Assembly (NCBI GenBank): GCA_016700315.1
Contig: CP065013.1
Coordinates: 577,449 to 641,448 of the forward strand
Direction: 5' to 3'
From: Candidatus Saccharimonadota bacterium
Lineage (GTDB): Bacteria > Patescibacteriota > Saccharimonadia > Saccharimonadales > SZUA-47
Length of the DNA: 64,000 nucleotides
Made by a program: the position numbers and the translations under genes
The notes under the pieces: generated by a model
Seen by the model: the letters and a program-made list of their open reading frames with translations, nothing else
The model's database searches: none
Told to the model about the DNA's origin: nothing
Part shown: positions 59,568-64,000 of the stretch, piece after piece
Layout of the letters: every line of letters starts with the position of its first letter
Numbering within the stretch: the first letter of the stretch is position 1

Positions 59568-60629
59568 ATGCCAAAAATAAAAATTCAACCACTAAACAAC
59601 AGGGTAACAATCTTACCAGAAAAAGCCACTAAAGGAGCTAAGGTTTTTAAGTGCTCGTATATTGATCCTTTTTCATCTGACAAAACTTCCAGAATTCATG
59701 ATGAGTCAAAGAGACTCAGTGATCATGCGGCAAAGCACTACCAGAAGCTTGGTATTCGGCCAAAGAGAACTAGCAGGGTAGACTGGACTAACCCTGCGAC
59801 AACAGAGATATTCGACAAGACTAAATTTCCTGCAATTCACCGCTGGCGAACCAAGTACGTTCCGACCGCAGAAGCGCTAATACCCCTACAGAGACCAGAT
59901 CTAGGAATGCTCTACGATGGAACTGTTTTATCTAATGAGGAAGCTGCTTGGTTTGCGCACACGCTAGATGCTATAGGTTTGAGGAGTCGCGCGGCAGTAA
60001 TGCAGGAAGTTTTAGCCCGAATCAGCAAAAAAGCTGAGTACAAAAACTGGCTTAGCTTAGCCAGCGGAGCAAGTTTGCCAATTCTACAGGCTGCAGTAGA
60101 GGTAAAAAAAAGTAACAAAGAGCCCTCGATAACAGCTGTAGATTACGACAAAAATGCACTGAAAATTTCTAAAAACTTAGCTTCGCAGTTTGACGTAAGA
60201 AAGTTTAAGATCTCTAGAGCAAACATCTTAGACGAAAAGTCGCTTCGTAAAGTTCTAAAAGACAAAAAATCAGATGTTGTAGAGATTCTCGGGCTCTTCG
60301 AGTACTTAAACGAAGAGGATTGGTTTTATAGGTACCACAAAGTAGTTGTAAGGTTTAAAAGGAAACTATTAGGTGCTAAAAATTTTCTAAATCTCGCATA
60401 CTCATTTGTTGATGTTGGAGGAGTCCTAATATTTGGCAATATGCTAGATAGCCACCCTCACCTCTCGTTTACTTTGGACGTTATCCAGTGGCCGCACATT
60501 AAACCTCGATCAATCAAAGAGGTGCTCGATATTGTCAAACACGCACAATTACCAGGCAAGTATGAAATTAGTATCTACTTACCAGAAGACGGTGTTTATG
60601 CACTGTATGTTTTACACAGAATAAGTTAG
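59568..60629 (+). CDS. Putative class I SAM-dependent methyltransferase-fold protein
   Basis: 353 aa. LSLASGASLPIL (a degenerate motif I), an acidic residue in AVDYD, and VLIFGNM (motif IV-like). Confidence 0.45.
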   Translation: MPKIKIQPLNNRVTILPEKATKGAKVFKCSYIDPFSSDKTSRIHDESKRLSDHAAKHYQKLGIRPKRTSRVDWTNPATTEIFDKTKFPAIHRWRTKYVPTAEALIPLQRPDLGMLYDGTVLSNEEAAWFAHTLDAIGLRSRAAVMQEVLARISKKAEYKNWLSLASGASLPILQAAVEVKKSNKEPSITAVDYDKNALKISKNLASQFDVRKFKISRANILDEKSLRKVLKDKKSDVVEILGLFEYLNEEDWFYRYHKVVVRFKRKLLGAKNFLNLAYSFVDVGGVLIFGNMLDSHPHLSFTLDVIQWPHIKPRSIKEVLDIVKHAQLPGKYEISIYLPEDGVYALYVLHRIS

Positions 60630-60654
60630 GATATAAGTATAAGAGGAATACGGT

Positions 60655-62826
60655 TTGCTGCGGTCAGGTTTGCTATTAACAGTCTCACTTCTCAATCTTT
60701 TGAGCGGTATTTTTGTATTATCAAACGGAACCCGTAAAGCATTAAATCGTCACTTTTTTTATCTTGCAGCTGCAGTTGCTGGTTGGGCTGGTGGGCTGGG
60801 ATTGTATTATATTGCTAACTCACCTGAACTAGTCTACTGGTCGATAAAAATTTTCTATCTGTCGGCAATAGCTATTAGTCACATAGTTCTACTCATGGCG
60901 ATTGATCGTGCCAATAAGATGAATAGCTTGCATAAAATCATTATTTTCTTTGTTTTTATTTCTATTAGCTTACCGATTATCATCGTAAAAGATTTTCTCG
61001 TAGTTTATGCTGAGCAGCTCGTGAACGGCACGTATTACAGCCTCGATCATTTAGGTTATCTACTCTACTCCTTGGTCTTTCTGATCGAATACTTTATGGC
61101 GGTATGGCTTATGGCCAAAAAACGCATAGCCTCGACGGATAGTTTGCTTAGGCAGCAACTGGACTATATGCTGCTCGCACTTGTGACTGCAGCAATTTTT
61201 GGTATAATTTTCAACCTTGTACTACCGTGGTTTGATAATTTCGCCTTCATATGGGTAGGGCCGATGTTCTCGATAGTATTCCTTGCATTTATTGGCATCG
61301 GAATCGGTAAAGCAAGTTTGTTCGATATTAGAAAGACGGTAGCCAGAGCAACAGCTTATACCTTTTCTCTTTCTTTGATAATACTTGTATACGGTGGTTT
61401 TGCGTACGTTATTGGCGAAAAGATTTTCAGTAGCAACCAGGCCAATACAACTGTCGTCAGGTTTATCTATACCATTTTTGCAGTAATAACCGCGGCGATC
61501 TTTACACCTTTGAAGCGTTTTTTTGATAAGGCAACAAATTTTATATTCTACAGGGATTCTTACAATTCTCAAGATCTACTAAACGAGTTTAACCAGTTGT
61601 TAGCTGTCACGGCAGATGTTGACACGCTACTCGGCTCAGCAGCAAGAATAATCCAAAAACATCTTAAGAGTGAATATGTAGTTTTCGGTTTACGTGAAAC
61701 AGAGCGCATGCCCCGTCGTCTAGTAGGTACTATCAAGAAATCGTATAAAGAAGAGGATTTAAGTGAGCTTCGTCGTCTAACAGTTCATATGAGCAACAGC
61801 ATAATAATTCGCGAACTTCTTGATAAGAATGATTCAGCTCAAGCAGGGATCTCAAAGATTCTAAAAAAATACTCCATTGAACTTTTGGCGCGTCTGGTCG
61901 ATAGACGGGATACTAAGCAGCAATCAAGCGGCTACCTACTGCTGGGCCCAAAAAAGAGCGGCAATAAATATACTAGTCAAGACGCTGAAGTGTTTGAGAT
62001 TATCGTTAACGAAATGGTCTTGGCAATCCAAAACGCATTGAGGTTTGAGGAAATTGAGCAGTTTAACGAGACTCTGCAGGAGAAGATATTTACTGCGACA
62101 CGTGAGTTGAAGCAGTCCAACGATAAACTTAGAGCATTAGACCAAGCCAAAGATGAATTTGTTAGCATGGCGAGCCATCAGCTTCGCACGCCTCTAACCA
62201 GCGTAAAAGGCTACCTCAGTATGTTGGCCGAAGGCGATGCCGGCAAGCTAAACCCGACGCAGCAGCAGTTCGTTGAGCAGTCTTTTGCAAGTAGTCAGCG
62301 CATGGTTTACTTGATTTCTGATCTGCTCAACGTTTCTAGGCTCAAGACTGGTAAGTTCGTGATAGAAAAGATTCCGACTAATCTTGCAAAGTTGATTGAT
62401 GAAGAGTTATCGCAGCTCAAAGGTGCATTCGATGCAAAACACCTCAAGTTAGCTACTAGCTTACCAGAGGATTTTCCAACAATTGAACTCGACGAAACTA
62501 AGATTAGACAAGTAGTAATGAACTTTGTTGACAATGCTATATATTACACCCCCGACGGAGGAAATGTGGACATTAAACTCGTAGTAACCAATAGAAAAAT
62601 CGAATTTACAGTTACAGATAGTGGGATTGGGGTACCAAAACACGTACAGCATCACCTATTCACGAAGTTTTACAGGGCAGATAATGCTCGCAAAATGCGA
62701 CCTGACGGGACTGGCATCGGTTTATTCATGGCGAAAAAAGTGATAACAGCGCAGGGCGGAAGTATAATATTCAGAAGTAGTGAGGGTAAGGGCAGTACCT
62801 TTGGTTTTAGCTTTCCTGTTGTATAG
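60655..62826 (+). CDS. Sensor histidine kinase with a multi-TM N-terminal sensor domain
   Basis: 723 aa with a TTG start. About 7 TM segments, a HisKA H-box (SHQLRTPLTS) and HATPase_c N/G boxes (NAIYYTP, DSGIGV, GTGIGL). Confidence 0.9.
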   Translation: MLRSGLLLTVSLLNLLSGIFVLSNGTRKALNRHFFYLAAAVAGWAGGLGLYYIANSPELVYWSIKIFYLSAIAISHIVLLMAIDRANKMNSLHKIIIFFVFISISLPIIIVKDFLVVYAEQLVNGTYYSLDHLGYLLYSLVFLIEYFMAVWLMAKKRIASTDSLLRQQLDYMLLALVTAAIFGIIFNLVLPWFDNFAFIWVGPMFSIVFLAFIGIGIGKASLFDIRKTVARATAYTFSLSLIILVYGGFAYVIGEKIFSSNQANTTVVRFIYTIFAVITAAIFTPLKRFFDKATNFIFYRDSYNSQDLLNEFNQLLAVTADVDTLLGSAARIIQKHLKSEYVVFGLRETERMPRRLVGTIKKSYKEEDLSELRRLTVHMSNSIIIRELLDKNDSAQAGISKILKKYSIELLARLVDRRDTKQQSSGYLLLGPKKSGNKYTSQDAEVFEIIVNEMVLAIQNALRFEEIEQFNETLQEKIFTATRELKQSNDKLRALDQAKDEFVSMASHQLRTPLTSVKGYLSMLAEGDAGKLNPTQQQFVEQSFASSQRMVYLISDLLNVSRLKTGKFVIEKIPTNLAKLIDEELSQLKGAFDAKHLKLATSLPEDFPTIELDETKIRQVVMNFVDNAIYYTPDGGNVDIKLVVTNRKIEFTVTDSGIGVPKHVQHHLFTKFYRADNARKMRPDGTGIGLFMAKKVITAQGGSIIFRSSEGKGSTFGFSFPVV

Positions 62827-62879
62827 ACAACTTTACAAATTTGTTTTTTTAGGGTATTATTAATCTCATAAGGAAGACT

Positions 62880-64000
62880 ATGAGACCACTAGGTTATTAT
62901 CAAAACGGATCCAACCGCCTGATATCCTCCACTAATGATCGTCATTTGAGTGTTGTTCCAGATTTTGATAGTGATAAGCAACGCGCTGACTGCAAGATTA
63001 TTTCTACTCCCGAACTAGAAATATGCGATTACGCAAGAATAGAAATGAGGCAGGTTTCTTATACCAACAAACAAGGCAAAGAAATTAAATATCTAAGTTA
63101 CTACGGAGCTGAATGTACCTCATATGATCAAGACGGTAGTCCAACTGGATACAGGCTCCATCGACTCAAGGCAATAGACGTAAAATCTCATTACCAAAGT
63201 TATGATTTTGATCGTCTTAATTCCCCCAATGTTTATACGGAATTTGACAGGGTGTCCCTCGATGTCCCTCAAGAAATAAAGATTTCTGGCTTTTTGATTG
63301 ATCTTGCCTTAAATCATTCAGAGAAACCCAGTAACTGGCTTGCACTTAGCTCTAATGGATCATTAAGTAGTAAAGTAGTGCCGTCAGAGGGTGGCGCACC
63401 GAACTCACAGTCACATAATGTGGTTAACCAGCAGGTTCCGAACGCACCGCCAACAAATGTCATAACCACCGTAATACCGCCAGTAGGTACTCCCAATTGG
63501 AATAATCAAGGTTTTTGGTCTAGGATAAAAGCAAGATTTGGTACTGGAGGTTCTGGTGGAAATAATGGCGGTGGAGGGCCAATTATCCCGAATGGTGGTG
63601 AAAGTTGGTGGCGCAGACCTCGCAAAAATCGATATTTACTTGCTGCCGCGCTTCTTACATCGATGGCAGTTATTGCTCACAATTGTGAAGGCGATAATAT
63701 TGATGGAAGTTTTGGAAAGCTTGACCTAGCAATACCTGTGACTACCACCCCTACTGAGACATCTACAACTATTTTGACTGAAGCGCCTCTGACCACCAAC
63801 ACTGAAGCTCCAACGACTACTACAAGTTTCACTACCACAACCGCAGAAGTCCATGTCGGTACTGCCACGACCGAGGTCCCAACCACCATCAAAGATTCTC
63901 CCACTACAACTACAACCGAGGAGCCCGCGTCAACCGTAGAAGTTACCACTACAACCATAGAGTTAGTTGAACCAGAGTTGGCCTATATGGAGCCAAACGT
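62880..64000 (+). CDS. Hypothetical protein, 5' partial (runs off the window end); TM segment and T/E/P-rich region
   Basis: ATG at 62880, preceded by AAGGAAG. The frame is open to the window end and is absent from the ORF track because no stop is present. Contains RYLLAAALLTSMAVIAH and a Thr-rich tract from about 63740. Confidence 0.6.
   Translation, partial: MRPLGYYQNGSNRLISSTNDRHLSVVPDFDSDKQRADCKIISTPELEICDYARIEMRQVSYTNKQGKEIKYLSYYGAECTSYDQDGSPTGYRLHRLKAIDVKSHYQSYDFDRLNSPNVYTEFDRVSLDVPQEIKISGFLIDLALNHSEKPSNWLALSSNGSLSSKVVPSEGGAPNSQSHNVVNQQVPNAPPTNVITTVIPPVGTPNWNNQGFWSRIKARFGTGGSGGNNGGGGPIIPNGGESWWRRPRKNRYLLAAALLTSMAVIAHNCEGDNIDGSFGKLDLAIPVTTTPTETSTTILTEAPLTTNTEAPTTTTSFTTTTAEVHVGTATTEVPTTIKDSPTTTTTEEPASTVEVTTTTIELVEPELAYMEPN

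Overview
The window looks like a chromosomal segment from a small-genome, low-GC bacterium of the CPR/Patescibacteria type, most like Saccharibacteria/TM7. That assignment is an inference from gene content only: compact overlapping operons, a Gram-positive-style type IV pilus cluster, a short TsaB, an HTH-MurA fusion and leaderless-looking promoters.

Backbone genes, in order:
- ruvA and ruvB.
- A type IV pilus cluster on the minus strand: pilB, pilC, pilA, three minor pilins, a frameshifted pilM, pilN and pilO.
- recA, two small membrane paralogs, recX.
- A protein with two lamin-tail domains, tsaE, tsaB, rny, and MazG-like and CYTH proteins.
- A P1B-type ATPase, kup, HTH-murA, glyA, sanA-like, murB, folA, folD, murI, murD.
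- A response regulator, plsC, and a sensor histidine kinase.

There are six intact tRNA genes: Pro-TGG, His-GTG, Arg-TCT, Gly-TCC, Lys-CTT and Arg-TCG.

Unusual content:
1. An island of about 10 kb that is visibly GC-rich sits exactly at the 3' end of tRNA-Pro (23252-33237). It is bounded by a 9-bp direct repeat and by the displaced native tRNA terminator. Its cargo looks Actinobacteria-like: an IS3-family element with a 3-bp target duplication, recombinase fragments, a deaminase-type toxin with a candidate immunity gene, a frameshifted DUF4365-like nuclease with a partner gene, and a 2TM protein with a methyltransferase.
2. A family of structured elements of about 90-185 nt begins with GTGAGAA. 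Each copy abuts a broken tRNA fragment next to an intact tRNA. There are five clear copies at four tRNA loci, with compensatory stem changes between copies. I cannot assign them to any RNA or mobile-element class I recognise.
3. Other tRNA-flanking duplications carry hairpins with an invariant TTCCGA loop.
4. Heptanucleotide tandem arrays fill several intergenic regions.
5. Three otherwise conserved genes carry single-nucleotide frameshifts.

Everything here comes from reading the sequence and the supplied ORF track. No searches or computations were run.
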